Source: Alphaproteobacteria bacterium (lineage in GTDB: Bacteria > Pseudomonadota > Alphaproteobacteria > UBA8317). Taken from it: DNA of 64,000 nt. How positions within the stretch are numbered: the stretch's first letter is position 1; every line of letters begins with the position of its first letter. The stretch lies in NCBI GenBank assembly GCA_038131935.1, contig JAYPQH010000037.1, forward strand, positions 52,262 to 116,261. The letters run 5' to 3'. Positions 19,849-31,032 of this stretch are shown one piece after another. Both the position numbers and the translations under genes were made by a program. A model generated the notes under the pieces. It ran no database searches and was not told the origin of the DNA. It saw nothing but the letters and a program-made list of their open reading frames with translations.

Positions 19849-21337
19849 GTGTGGGCATCACAAATTGTGCATCACCAAAGTTATCATCCCATCTTGCTGT
19901 TATGGTTTTAATTTTGGTGTAAAATCTCACGCCTTCCATTCCATGCTGGTTATGGCCGCCAAATGCCGAGGCTTTCCAGCCACCAAAAGTATGGAATGAT
20001 AGGGGTACAGGAATTGGTACATTGATTCCGACCATTCCTACCTGGACATGTTGCGCAAATTGCCGCGCAAAACGACCATCTTTTGTAAAAATCGCAGTGC
20101 CATTTCCATATTGATGATCAGATGGTAAGCGCGCGGCTTGTTCAAAATCATCTGCACGAACGATTTGCAGAGATGGCCCAAATATTTCCTCTTTGTAGGT
20201 TGTCATGTTGGCCGTCACATGATCAAAAAGACATGCCCCCATGAAGTAACCTCCCTCATACCCTTGGAGCGAGAAATCTCTTCCATCAACAATAGGTTTT
20301 GAACCCTCTTCGATAGCAAGGTCAAAATACTGGCGCACCTTGTCTCTATGTTCTTTGGTCACCAAAGGACCCATATCTGAGTCTGGATCCAATGAAGGCC
20401 CGATTTTCAGTGATTCAATACGTGGCTGAAGCCTCTCCATCAGTGCTTCAGCTGTTCCTTTTCCAACGGCTACAGCAACTGGTGTGGCCATACAACGTTC
20501 CCCGGCTGACCCAAAGGCTGCACCCATAAGGGCATTTGTCGCCGCATCCATATCCGCATCTGGCATCACAAGTAAGTGGTTCTTCGCACCGCCCATGCAT
20601 TGAGCTCTTTTCCCATGGGCTGTGGCTCCCGCATAAACAGCCTTGGCGACGGGGGTAGAGCCCACGAAGCTAATCGCTTGAATCGTCGGGTGCGCAAGTA
20701 AGGCGTCCACAAGCTCTTTGTCTCCATGGACAACGTTGAAGATATGCTCTGGCCCTCCAGCTTCCATGAACAATTCCGCCAGTCTTACCGGGCATGACGG
20801 ATCCTTCTCTGAAGGCTTAATAATAATGGCATTACCACAGGCAACAGCAACGCCCATCATCCACAAAGGGATCATTGCTGGAAAATTAAAAGGAGTAATC
20901 CCAGCAACAACCCCTAAGGGTCGACGCAAAGAATACATATCCACATTTGTGGAAACGCCATCTGAATATTCCCCTTTCAACAAATGTGGAACGCCCACAG
21001 CAAATTCTACGGCTTCTATGCCACGAACCACATCACCTTCCGCATCAGCGAGAACTTTTCCATGTTCTTGTGCGATCATGGTTGCCAATTCAGATTTATG
21101 CTCCCACAACAGTTGCTGATATCTTGCCATCACGCGGGAGCGTGTGATGACCGAGGTATTCCCCCAGTCTTCGGCGGCCCGCGCAGCATGAGTGCAGATA
21201 TCGTCTAAATCATGAGGAGATGCGAACAAGACTTCGGCTTGTTGTTCCCCAGTGGTAGGGTTCATAACGGGTCCTCGACGCGTTCCCGTTCCTGCATAAT
21301 GTTTGCCGCCTACAAAATGAAAAATTTCTCGCATCAC
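19841..21337 (-). CDS. mmsA: CoA-acylating (methyl)malonate-semialdehyde dehydrogenase
   Basis: [53 protein letters not shown]. Confidence 0.94.
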   Translation of the reverse strand: MMREIFHFVGGKHYAGTGTRRGPVMNPTTGEQQAEVLFASPHDLDDICTHAARAAEDWGNTSVITRSRVMARYQQLLWEHKSELATMIAQEHGKVLADAEGDVVRGIEAVEFAVGVPHLLKGEYSDGVSTNVDMYSLRRPLGVVAGITPFNFPAMIPLWMMGVAVACGNAIIIKPSEKDPSCPVRLAELFMEAGGPEHIFNVVHGDKELVDALLAHPTIQAISFVGSTPVAKAVYAGATAHGKRAQCMGGAKNHLLVMPDADMDAATNALMGAAFGSAGERCMATPVAVAVGKGTAEALMERLQPRIESLKIGPSLDPDSDMGPLVTKEHRDKVRQYFDLAIEEGSKPIVDGRDFSLQGYEGGYFMGACLFDHVTANMTTYKEEIFGPSLQIVRADDFEQAARLPSDHQYGNGTAIFTKDGRFARQFAQHVQVGMVGINVPIPVPLSFHTFGGWKASAFGGHNQHGMEGVRFYTKIKTITARWDDNFGDAQFVMPTHG

Positions 21338-21577
21338 ATCTCTCCTCTATGGTCCAGCCTGACGCGCCACGTGCCTTTACAGGCGCTTTGATACAAAGAT
21401 TACTATGTCAGGTGCTGTATGTAGCAGATTAGGTAAAAATACCAAGCCCTCAGCATTTTTATTGTTTGATAATGTTGGCGACGTCCCGTCCGGCTTTTGT
21501 ATGTTTGAAAAATATCGTAACATATGTCGGAATTATTCCAGCAACAGAGTTAAGCGGTGCAACGAAAGGCGATTGAT

Positions 21578-22741
21578 ATGAATGCTATGAGCCCCACCCA
21601 AGCTATATTGGAAACATTAGAAGAAGATCAGCGCATGATTGTCGAGACGGCGCAAGCATTCGCACGCGATGAATTGCGGCCTAACTCAGCGCGTTGGGAT
21701 AAAGAAGGGGCGCTTCCAAGGGCGATGCTTGATCAACTTGGTGGTTTGGGTTTTTTAGGTATGACAGTGCCTGCTGAGCATAATGGTGTTGAAACCGATT
21801 ATGTCACATATGCCTTGTCGCTGATGGAAATCGCGGCTGGTGATGCGGCTACCTCCGTGGTCATGAGTGTGCATAATTCTCCCGCTTGTGCCGTGTATCA
21901 TATGTATGGAAATGAGGCACAAAAAGAGCGCTTTTTAAAGCCCATGGCTTTAGGGGAGCAGATAGGCGCGTTCGCACTCACAGAGCCTGGTGCTGGATCT
22001 GATGCGTCAAACCTTCGGACCAGAGCTACAGCCGTTGAAGGCGGCTGGAAAATTAATGGAGCAAAACAGTTTATTTCAAATGGGTCTATTGCTGGCAATA
22101 CTGTTGTTTTCGCAGTGACTGATCCTGACGCTGGCAAACGCGGCATTACTGCTTTTGCTGTCCCAACTGACACCCCAGGGTACCAACTGGCCAGACTTGA
22201 AGATAAGCTAGGTATCAAAGCATCAGACACAGCAGCATTATCTTTTGATGATATGTTTGTTCCAGATGAGGCCATTATTGGCACGCTTGGCATGGGGTAT
22301 AAAATTGCTTTATCAACCCTGGAATCAGGGCGTATCGGTATAGGTGCACAGGCCGTCGGTATCGCTATGGAGGCTGTCTCTCGGGCTCTTGCTTATGCGC
22401 AAGAACGCAAAGCCTTTGATGTTCCCATTTATGAATTGCAGGCGGTGCAGTTCCGCTTGGTCGATGCTGCGACCCGACTTGAAGCCGCACGTCAAATGGT
22501 CATCCATGCCGCACAGCTGAAAAACCGCGGTTTGCCATGCATAAGAGAGGCTTGTATGGCGAAACTATTCGCATCAGAGGTTGCAGAAACAATCGTGAGT
22601 GAATGCCTTCAAGTGCTCGGAGGTTATGGATATTTACATGATTATGAAATGGAGCGCCTCCATCGCGATGTAAGAATTTGTAAAATCTATGAAGGAACGT
22701 CGGATATACAAAAACTTATCATTGCCAGGCATTTGATTTAA
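21578..22741 (+). CDS. Short/branched-chain acyl-CoA dehydrogenase
   Basis: SVHNS, FALTEPGAGSDA, GAKQFISNG, LESGRIGI, GGYGY, IYEGTSDIQ. Confidence 0.92.
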   Translation: MNAMSPTQAILETLEEDQRMIVETAQAFARDELRPNSARWDKEGALPRAMLDQLGGLGFLGMTVPAEHNGVETDYVTYALSLMEIAAGDAATSVVMSVHNSPACAVYHMYGNEAQKERFLKPMALGEQIGAFALTEPGAGSDASNLRTRATAVEGGWKINGAKQFISNGSIAGNTVVFAVTDPDAGKRGITAFAVPTDTPGYQLARLEDKLGIKASDTAALSFDDMFVPDEAIIGTLGMGYKIALSTLESGRIGIGAQAVGIAMEAVSRALAYAQERKAFDVPIYELQAVQFRLVDAATRLEAARQMVIHAAQLKNRGLPCIREACMAKLFASEVAETIVSECLQVLGGYGYLHDYEMERLHRDVRICKIYEGTSDIQKLIIARHLI

Positions 22742-22742
22742 A

Positions 22743-23156
22743 ATGCAGGCTGACCAGGTTTTAACCTTAATCAAAGAGCAAATCCCCTTTGTTGGGCAGC
22801 TTGATATGAGGTTTTTAGAATTCAACGCGGATAGAGTTGAGTTAGAATGTTTGTTGGATGAAGGGCATGCCCGACCAGGTGGAACCATATCTGGACCTGT
22901 GATGATGGCACTGGGGGATGTTGTTGCCTACGCATGCATTCTCGCGCGTAACCCTATGGCATTATCGTCTGTAACGGTCGGGTTTCAGGTTCATTTTTTT
23001 CGCAGGCCAAAGCCTGATAAAATTCGTGTTTCTGGCAAAGTTATGAAAATGGGGAGACGGCTGGCGTTTTGTGACATCTTGCTGTTTCAAGAAAGTGAGA
23101 AAAATCCCGTGGCACAAATTACCTGCTCTTATGCCATTGCTGAGGGCAATGGATAA
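22743..23156 (+). CDS. PaaI-family (hotdog) acyl-CoA thioesterase
   Basis: RPGGTISGPVMMALGD, KMGRRLAF, 137 aa. Confidence 0.85.
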   Translation: MQADQVLTLIKEQIPFVGQLDMRFLEFNADRVELECLLDEGHARPGGTISGPVMMALGDVVAYACILARNPMALSSVTVGFQVHFFRRPKPDKIRVSGKVMKMGRRLAFCDILLFQESEKNPVAQITCSYAIAEGNG

Positions 23157-23251
23157 CAGCAAAAATTTTCTAGTAACCTGTATTTCTGGCTTGCCCTTCT
23201 CTCTGCGCTTCGACAGGATCAGGACGAATAAAAATTGGGAGTTTGCAGAAC

Positions 23252-24034
23252 ATGGATATGGAATTTGAGACCATCAAAACTTGGCAAGAAGGTGCGGTCG
23301 CTGTCATTCAGTTGGATCGCCCTAAGGCACTGAATGCGTTTAATGCACAACTGATGAATGAACTTGGAGATGCGGTGCATGAAGCGGATCATAACGCTGA
23401 TGTAAAAGTCATTGTTATCACGGGCTCAGATCGTGCTTTTGCTGCGGGTGCGGACATCAAAGAGATGGTCGATAAAGATTTTTCAGCCGTTTTTAACGAG
23501 GACTTTATAAGTAAGTCTTGGGAAGAAGTAACAAAAATCCGAAAGCCGGTTATAGCAGCTGTTGCAGGTTTTGCTTTGGGCGGCGGTTGTGAATTGGCGA
23601 TGATGTGCGACATGATCATTGCTGCTGATAATGCCCAATTTGGTCAGCCGGAAATAAAAATTGGTACCATGCCAGGGGCGGGTGGATCGCAGCGTATGGC
23701 GCGTGCAATCGGAAAGGCAAAAACCATGGACATGGTGTTGACGGGGCGAATGATGGATGCCGAGGAAGCAGAGCGATCTGGTTTGGTGGCCCGCATTGTT
23801 CCCCTAGATAAGCTCATGGAAGAGACATTAAAAGCAGCACAGATGATGGCATCATATTCATTGCCTACGCTGATGATGGCCAAAGAAGCTGTCAATATGT
23901 CGCAAGAAACCGGATTGAGTGCGGGTATAAAGTTTGAACGGCGTATTTTTCACTCAAGTTTTGGCTTGGATGATCGCAAAGAAGGCATGACCGCATTTAT
24001 AGAGAAGCGTAAGCCAGAATTTAAGGAGCGATGA
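23252..24034 (+). CDS. Short-chain enoyl-CoA hydratase (EchA8/AcuH-like)
   Basis: RPKALNA, AFAAGADIKEM, ALGGGCELAMMCD, FGQPEI, EGMTAFIEKR. Confidence 0.92.
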   Translation: MDMEFETIKTWQEGAVAVIQLDRPKALNAFNAQLMNELGDAVHEADHNADVKVIVITGSDRAFAAGADIKEMVDKDFSAVFNEDFISKSWEEVTKIRKPVIAAVAGFALGGGCELAMMCDMIIAADNAQFGQPEIKIGTMPGAGGSQRMARAIGKAKTMDMVLTGRMMDAEEAERSGLVARIVPLDKLMEETLKAAQMMASYSLPTLMMAKEAVNMSQETGLSAGIKFERRIFHSSFGLDDRKEGMTAFIEKRKPEFKER

Positions 24035-25278
24035 GCATGAAATTTCCTGATCCACGTGAAAAAAGAGACCCTCGCGAACGTGTAATTGAGCAAATTGCGT
24101 CGTTCAATGAGCATGTTGCATTTGCACGTATGCATGCGCCATTCATGCGTGGCCATTTGCAACATGCACCAGCTAGAATTTCATCATTGCAAGATTTGCA
24201 AGAATTTCCATTGCTCAGAAAATCAGATCTGAGTTCTCTTCAAAAAGGCGATATCTACGGGGGCTTGGTGGCCGAGACTAGCAAATTGGCTCATATCTAC
24301 AGATCCCCTGGTCCCATCAATGATTTTGATGGTCATGGCGAGGACTGGTGGCGTTTCGCACGCGCACTACATGCCGCTGGTATAGGTCCAGGGGATTTGG
24401 TGCAAAACTGTTTTTCTTACCATTTTACCCCTGCAGGCATCATGTTTGAGCGGGCTGCCTTATCACTGGGGGCAACGGTATTCCCAGCAGGTCCTGGTCA
24501 AACTGAAGCGCAGGCTGAGGTGATGCATGCGTTACATGTCACCGCATATGCGGGGGTACCTGATTTTTTGAAAATTATTCTACAAAAAGCTGATAGCTTG
24601 GGATTGGATACCTCTTATTTGGTCAAGGCTGTTGTGTCAGGTGGCCCCTTATTCCCCAATGTGCGTCAATGGTTAGAAGAACGTGGCATTGCGGTGTTTC
24701 AAAGCTATGGAACTGCGGACCTTGGATTGGTTGCCTATGAATCAAGCCCTGAATCTGGATTGATCGTGGATGAAGATGCCTTGGTGGAAATCGTTCGGCC
24801 TGGAACAGGGGAGCATGTTGAACCTGGTGAGGTTGGAGAGATTGTGGTGACGCCTTTGGGCAGGAGGGAATACCCTCTTGTGCGCTTTGCAACCGGTGAT
24901 TTGTCAGCCGTTGTGGAAGGGCCTGGTCCATTTGGTCGCACCAACATGCGCCTCAAAGGCTGGATGGGACGGGCAGATCAAACAACCAAGGTGCGTGGAA
25001 TGTTTGTTCATCCGTCTCAAATTGATCAGATCTGCAAAGATATTCAAGCGCGCAAGGCAAGAGCTATTGTTCGTCGGGAGGACGGAAATGACGTGATGGA
25101 TATTCAGATTGTCTTGAATGAAGGCCAAAATCCAGAGGATGCAAAACTTATGAGAAACACCCAAATGGCCATTGAAAAATTTTTAAAACTTAAAGCTTCT
25201 ATTGATTTTGTTTCCGTTGAATCTTTGCCAAATGATGGCAAAATTATTGACGATCAACGTGACTTTGGAGCGTCATAA
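24031..25278 (+). CDS. Phenylacetate-CoA ligase (PaaK)-family protein
   Basis: SPGPI, NCFSYHFTPAG, YGTADLG, RFATGDLS, GWMGRADQTTKVRGMFVHP, NDGKIIDD. Confidence 0.87.
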   Translation: MSMKFPDPREKRDPRERVIEQIASFNEHVAFARMHAPFMRGHLQHAPARISSLQDLQEFPLLRKSDLSSLQKGDIYGGLVAETSKLAHIYRSPGPINDFDGHGEDWWRFARALHAAGIGPGDLVQNCFSYHFTPAGIMFERAALSLGATVFPAGPGQTEAQAEVMHALHVTAYAGVPDFLKIILQKADSLGLDTSYLVKAVVSGGPLFPNVRQWLEERGIAVFQSYGTADLGLVAYESSPESGLIVDEDALVEIVRPGTGEHVEPGEVGEIVVTPLGRREYPLVRFATGDLSAVVEGPGPFGRTNMRLKGWMGRADQTTKVRGMFVHPSQIDQICKDIQARKARAIVRREDGNDVMDIQIVLNEGQNPEDAKLMRNTQMAIEKFLKLKASIDFVSVESLPNDGKIIDDQRDFGAS

Positions 25279-26024
25279 TGGACTTGGAAAACAAAAAGAT
25301 ATTGATCACTGGTGGTGCATCCGGTCTGGGCCACGCGACTGCAACCTACTTTAAAAAAATAGGTGCGGTCCCCATTTTGGCAGATTTGCCCGGTACTGCG
25401 CTTGAAGAAACTGCAGCGGCATTGGGGGTATCTGCGCTTGGAATGGATGTCACCAAATCAGAGGATGTTTCCCTTGCTTTGCAAAGTTTGGATCGCCTTG
25501 ATGGGGTGGTCAATTGTGCAGGTATAGCCCCTGCAAAAAAGATACTTGGTCGCCAAGGGCCACATGATCTAGAGCTTTACGCACGTGTTATATCTGTCAA
25601 CCTTGTTGGAACATTCAACGTTTTGCGCTTAGGTGCGGAGAAGATGGCCGTGAATGAACCCAATGAACATGGTGAACGCGGTGGTATTGTGAACACAGCG
25701 TCTGTGGCCGCATTCGAGGGGCAAATCGGTCAAGCGGCTTATGCTTCCTCAAAGGGCGGTGTTGTTTCTTTAACATTGGTAGCCGCACGTGAGCTGGCAT
25801 CTATTGGTGTAAGGGTGAACACAATCGCACCCGGAATTTTTGCAACGCCCATGTTGATGTCACTTGGTGATGAGGTGGTAGCGTCGCTTGAGGAGACAAC
25901 TATTTTCCCAAAGCGGCTAGGTGATCCAGAAGAATTTGGAAAATTGGTTGAAACCTGTTTTACAAACCCTATGCTTAATGCCGCAGTTTTAAGGCTTGAT
26001 GGCGCACTGCGGATGATGCCATAA
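25278..26024 (+). CDS. SDR 3-hydroxyacyl-CoA dehydrogenase type II (HSD10-like)
   Basis: [45 protein letters not shown]. Confidence 0.92.
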   Translation: MDLENKKILITGGASGLGHATATYFKKIGAVPILADLPGTALEETAAALGVSALGMDVTKSEDVSLALQSLDRLDGVVNCAGIAPAKKILGRQGPHDLELYARVISVNLVGTFNVLRLGAEKMAVNEPNEHGERGGIVNTASVAAFEGQIGQAAYASSKGGVVSLTLVAARELASIGVRVNTIAPGIFATPMLMSLGDEVVASLEETTIFPKRLGDPEEFGKLVETCFTNPMLNAAVLRLDGALRMMP

Positions 26025-26098
26025 CAATTCAAACAAAACGGGCTTCTAAAAAGTCTGGGTGAAACACGACCCCAAATATTAAGGGGCTACATGGGAGG

Positions 26099-28070
26099 AT
26101 GAGCGACGTGACCGACGCCGTGACTTTGCCTGCGGATGCGCAGTCATTTCCAAAACTATTGTGCCGGAATGCAAAATTATTCCAGCAGGATATTGGGTAC
26201 CGTGAGAAAGAATTTGGTATTTGGCAGTCTTGGACATGGTCGAAGGCTGAGCAATCCGCCCGTCAAACGGCGTTGGGACTCCTGGCTATGGGGCTACAGC
26301 CTGGAGAGAAGGTCGCCATTGTTGGCTCCAATCGTGTAGAGCTTTATCTATCGATGATTGCTGTGCAGATGGCATCTGGGATTCCTGTGCCATGTTACCA
26401 TGATTCTGGGGTTGCGGAGATGAGCTACGTTATGGCTCATAGCGGCGCTCGTATCGCAATTGTTGAAGACCAAGAGCAAGTGGATAAATGTATAGAAATC
26501 CAGCAGACCGTCCCTTCATTGCAAGAGGTTGTTTATTTAAACCCACGCGGTTTAAGAAAATATGATCACAAGCATCTGAAAAGTCTTGAAACCTTGCGAG
26601 AAATTGGCCAAGCCCATCGGGAAGAGTGGGCTTCGAGACTGGATCAAAATATATCAGCGCAAGTTGAAGATGATACCTGCGTTATTTTGTATACATCGGG
26701 AACCACAGGAAATCCAAAAGGTGTGGTGCTTACCAACAAGAATGTTATTGCGACGGCGAAGTCATCATCTGAGTTTGATGGGTTGACGCATAAAGATTCC
26801 ATGTTGGCTTACCTTCCCATGGCTTGGGTGGGAGATTTCATTTTTTCCATGGGGCAGTGCCTTTGGTGTGGTTTTTCTATCAATTGCCCGGAATCTGCGG
26901 AAACAATGCAGTCAGATCTTCGCGAGATTGGGCCAACCTATTTCTTCGCACCTCCTCGTTATTATGAAAGTTTGCTCACCAATATTTCAGTGAGAATTGA
27001 AGATGCAGGCAAGTTTAAGCGTGGATTGTACAACCATTTCATGAAGCTCGCCGGAGAGGTTGGTGAGGATATTCTGAATGGCAAGGATGTGGGTTTCGGC
27101 AAAAGGTTTCAATATTGGTTAGGTGGGTTGTTCATTTATGGGCCGTTGTTGGACACCATCGGGCTTCGACGTGTGAGGGTTGGTTATACTGCTGGTGAGG
27201 CAGTAGGAGCTGAGTTGTTTGGGTATTTTCGATCCATGGGGCTTAATCTAAAGCAGCTATATGGTCAGACAGAAGCAGCTGTCTTTATCACGCAGCATCC
27301 TCATAACGCAGTTTATACAGATACAGTGGGTGTAGCGACGCCTGGCGTGGAGCTTAAGATTTCAGAAGGCGGTGAGGTTCTGTATCGCTCCCTGGCGCTT
27401 TTAAAGAATATTACAACAATCCAGAAGCTACAGAAGAAACCAAATCATCAGATGGATGGGTCTCTACGGGTGATGCTGGGTTTATCGATGAGCGCAATGG
27501 ACAATTACGTATCATTGACCGTGCGAAGGATGTGGGGAAACTTGCTGACGGAAGTCTGTTTGCCCCTAAATATGTAGAGAATAAGCTAAGTTTTACCCAA
27601 ATATTCTGGAAGCGGTTGTATTTGGTAACTGTCGTGATCATTGCAATGCCTTTATCAATATTGATTTGACAGCTGTCGGTAACTGGGCTGAGCGCAACTA
27701 CATTGCGTATTCATCATACCAAGAGCTTGCTGCGCATCCAAAGGTCTACGAGATGATCAAGTCAGAAATTGAATCGGTGAATGCATCCTTGGCCGAAGAT
27801 CCAATGTTATCAGCCTGTCAGGTGAACCGTTTTTTAATTCTGCACAAAGAACTGGATGCAGACGATGGTGAGCTCACACGGACACGAAAAGTTCGTCGTC
27901 GTATTATTGAGCAAAAGTTTCATGACCTTGTTGATGCATTGTATTCTGATGTTTCGCGCATCAAGACAACAACAGAGGTGACCTATGAAGATGGTCGCAA
28001 GGGAAGTATTAGCGCTGAGCTTGTGATCGAGAACGTAAAGACCTTCGATAGAAAGGCCAAATCAGCATGA
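26099..28070 (+). CDS. fadD: Long-chain acyl-CoA synthetase (two frameshifts, ~27391 and ~27588)
   Basis: REKEFGIWQ, YTSGTTGNPKG, YGQTE; restored frames give SPGAFKEYY, TGDAG, IIDRAKD, KLKFYPNI, GELTRTRK. Confidence 0.87.
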
Positions 28071-28912
28071 ATGATCAGGTAATGGACAAAGTGGATGATG
28101 GTTACATCACGCCGGATGGCCGTAAGATTGGTGGAACAGTCCTAGAGGTGAAAAATATCACCTTGAGATTTGGAGGGGTTGTTGCCATCAAAGATATTTC
28201 ATTCGACATCAAACAGGGTGAGATCCGTGCAATCATTGGCCCGAACGGAGCAGGTAAATCTTCCATGCTCAATGTAATCAATGGTTTTTATCATCCTCAA
28301 GAAGGAGAGATATATTTCCGTGGAGAGAAGCGAGGCCCAATGAAGCCTTATGAGATTGCCCGTCAGGGTATCGCGCGTACCTTCCAAAATATTGCGTTGT
28401 TTAAGGGGATGTCGACACTTGATAACATCATGACTGGTCGCTTTACCCACATGCATTCGTCGTTGTTTTCACAGATGTTATGGTGGGGACCTGCTGAACA
28501 GGAAGAGGTTGATAACCGTGAAATTGTCGAAAAAGTCATTGATTTCTTGGAAATTCAATCGATCAGAAAGGCACCTGTTGGAAGCCTTCCCTACGGTCTT
28601 CAGAAGCGCGTGGAGTTGGGGCGTGCATTGGCTGCTCAACCCTCTTTGCTGCTTTTGGACGAGCCAATGGCGGGTATGAATGTGGAAGAAAAAGAAGATA
28701 TGAGCCGCTTCATTTTGGATGTGAATGACGAATTTGGTACAACCATTGCGCTCATTGAGCATGACATGGGTGTGGTCATGGATATCTCAGACCGGGTTGT
28801 GGTTCTTGATTATGGACAGAAAATTGGTGACGGGACCCCTGATGAGGTGCGTTCAAATCAAAAAGTTATAGATGCCTATCTGGGTGTCGTGAGCGATGGT
28901 GAAGGGGCGTAA
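28067..28912 (+). CDS. HAAT ABC transporter ATPase (LivG-like)
   Basis: GPNGAGKSS, RTFQN, LPYGLQKRVEL, LDEPMAG, EHDM. Confidence 0.92.
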   Translation: MNDQVMDKVDDGYITPDGRKIGGTVLEVKNITLRFGGVVAIKDISFDIKQGEIRAIIGPNGAGKSSMLNVINGFYHPQEGEIYFRGEKRGPMKPYEIARQGIARTFQNIALFKGMSTLDNIMTGRFTHMHSSLFSQMLWWGPAEQEEVDNREIVEKVIDFLEIQSIRKAPVGSLPYGLQKRVELGRALAAQPSLLLLDEPMAGMNVEEKEDMSRFILDVNDEFGTTIALIEHDMGVVMDISDRVVVLDYGQKIGDGTPDEVRSNQKVIDAYLGVVSDGEGA

Positions 28913-28914
28913 TA

Positions 28915-29895
28915 ATGGAATCATTATTGATACTCTTAGAGGTAACAATTAACGGGCTGATGGCTGGAGTGCTCTATTCATTGGTGGCGTTGGGATTCGT
29001 CTTTATTTTCAAGGCATCTGGTATTTTTAATTATGCTCAAGGCGTGATGGCACTGTTTGCTGCAATGACCTTGGTGGGCTTTATTGAGGGAAGAGTTCCC
29101 TTTGCTCATATGATAAATATCGTGTTTGGGACAAATATACATCACTTTGGATTTCATGCGCCGGTATTGGTGGCATTGGTTGGAACAGCCCTTGTGATGT
29201 TCTTATTTGCGGTGATCGTTGAAAAATACATCTTGCGGCATTTGGTCAACCAAGCTCCCATTATTTTGTTCATGGCAACCATTGGCCTGGCCTTCTTTAT
29301 GGAAGGGTTCGGGGACATGATGTGGGGGTCAGACGTGAAGACCCTGGATATCGGTATTCCATCAGGAATGTCACTGACCATTGATGAACTGACCTACCCA
29401 ATGGGCTATGGGATGTATATAGACCAGCTTGATATTTACGCAGCTCTGATTGCCGTTGCTTTGGTGGTAGGGCTTACCATGTTCTCTCAATACACCAAAA
29501 CCGGGCGTGCCCTGCGGGCTGTGGCGGATGACCACCAAGCAGCACTTTCTGTGGGCATCACCCTTCGCTCTATTTGGGTTATTGTTTGGACTATTGCGGG
29601 CATTGTGGCCTTGGTTGGTGGTGTCCTCTGGGGGTCAAAATCAGGTGTACAGTTTTCTCTATCTTTAATTGCGTTGAAAGCATTGCCAGTATTGTTCTTG
29701 GGAGGACTTACATCCATCCCCGGTGCAATTGTTGGTGGTTTGATCATTGGCGTTGGCGAAAAATTATTTGAATTTGGCGTTGGTCCTTTGATTGGTGGCG
29801 CCACGGAAAATTGGTTTGCTTATGTCGTGGCTTTGTTGTTCCTCGTCTTCCGTCCACAAGGACTGTTTGGCGAGAAGATCATTGAGAGGGTGTAG
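28915..29895 (+). CDS. HAAT ABC transporter permease (LivH-like)
   Basis: YSLVALGF, FNYAQG, GRALRAVADD, RPQGLFG. Confidence 0.92.
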   Translation: MESLLILLEVTINGLMAGVLYSLVALGFVFIFKASGIFNYAQGVMALFAAMTLVGFIEGRVPFAHMINIVFGTNIHHFGFHAPVLVALVGTALVMFLFAVIVEKYILRHLVNQAPIILFMATIGLAFFMEGFGDMMWGSDVKTLDIGIPSGMSLTIDELTYPMGYGMYIDQLDIYAALIAVALVVGLTMFSQYTKTGRALRAVADDHQAALSVGITLRSIWVIVWTIAGIVALVGGVLWGSKSGVQFSLSLIALKALPVLFLGGLTSIPGAIVGGLIIGVGEKLFEFGVGPLIGGATENWFAYVVALLFLVFRPQGLFGEKIIERV

Positions 29896-29897
29896 TC

Positions 29898-30974
29898 ATG
29901 TTTTATCGCGAAAGTGGCGAATTTAAATCTAGTTATCGCGGCGATAACCGTACGTTCCCAATGTCTTATGATGTGAAAATTCATATTTTCATGATGTTGG
30001 TGGCGATATTTGCTATCCCTATGGTCATTACTGATTACTGGGCCGGTGCCATCCTGTTGCCCTTTATGATTTATTCAATTGCATCGATCGGTTTAAATCT
30101 CTTGACGGGATATAGTGGGCAGGTGAGCTTAGGAACCGGTGCGTTTATGGCCGTAGGTGCCTATGCGTCATATAAGCTTATGACGAGTTTCCCAGAATTG
30201 AATATTGTTTTTGTTGTTCTTGGATCAGGTATTGTCACCGCAGCGGTTGGCGTGTTTTTTGGACTTCCTTCCTTGCGCATCAAAGGTTTCTATCTTGCCG
30301 TGGCTACATTGGCTGCACAGTTCTTCCTTGTGTGGCTATTTAACAAGGTAGGTTGGTTTTATAACTATTCGGCAACCGGACAAATCACCTCACCTGAGCG
30401 TACCCTTTTTGGGTTTGCGGTCACAGGTGCCAATGCCACAACAGAAGTGCGCTATCTCTTTTGCTTGGCCTTTGTTGTGGTGCTAGGGTGGGCAGCCAAA
30501 AACCTTACACGCGGGAAAATAGGGCGTAGTTGGATGGCCATTAGGGACATGGATATTGCCGCTGAGATCATAGGGGTTAATCCTATGATGGCAAAAATGT
30601 CAGCATTCGCGGTCAGTTCGTTCTACGTAGGGATTTCTGGTTCACTTCTGTTTACAGTTTTTTATGGTGCTATCGAGGTGACGGAAGTTTTTGGTATTGA
30701 GCGCTCTTTCCTCATCTTATTTATGATTATCATTGGGGGTCTAGGATCCCTTTTGGGTAGTTTCATCGGTGCAGCCTTCATGGTTATCATGCCTGTTTTG
30801 CTCAAGAATATTCTTGTGACAGGGCTTGGATGGCCTACAGACGTTGCCACACATTTTGAATTCATGATTGTGGGCGCACTGATCATTATCTTCCTTATTG
30901 CCGAACCTGATGGATTGGCAAAACTTTGGGGTCTTGCCAAACAGAAGTTGAGGCTTTGGCCCTTCCCGCACTGA
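29898..30974 (+). CDS. HAAT ABC transporter permease (LivM-like)
   Basis: GLNLLTGYSGQVSLG, GFYLAVATLA, AIRDMDIAAE, IIGGLGS. Confidence 0.92.
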   Translation: MFYRESGEFKSSYRGDNRTFPMSYDVKIHIFMMLVAIFAIPMVITDYWAGAILLPFMIYSIASIGLNLLTGYSGQVSLGTGAFMAVGAYASYKLMTSFPELNIVFVVLGSGIVTAAVGVFFGLPSLRIKGFYLAVATLAAQFFLVWLFNKVGWFYNYSATGQITSPERTLFGFAVTGANATTEVRYLFCLAFVVVLGWAAKNLTRGKIGRSWMAIRDMDIAAEIIGVNPMMAKMSAFAVSSFYVGISGSLLFTVFYGAIEVTEVFGIERSFLILFMIIIGGLGSLLGSFIGAAFMVIMPVLLKNILVTGLGWPTDVATHFEFMIVGALIIIFLIAEPDGLAKLWGLAKQKLRLWPFPH

Positions 30975-31032
30975 GGAAGGCAGCACCATCACAAAGATGG
31001 TGTATACATAAAAACACTCCAAGGAGGTAAAC

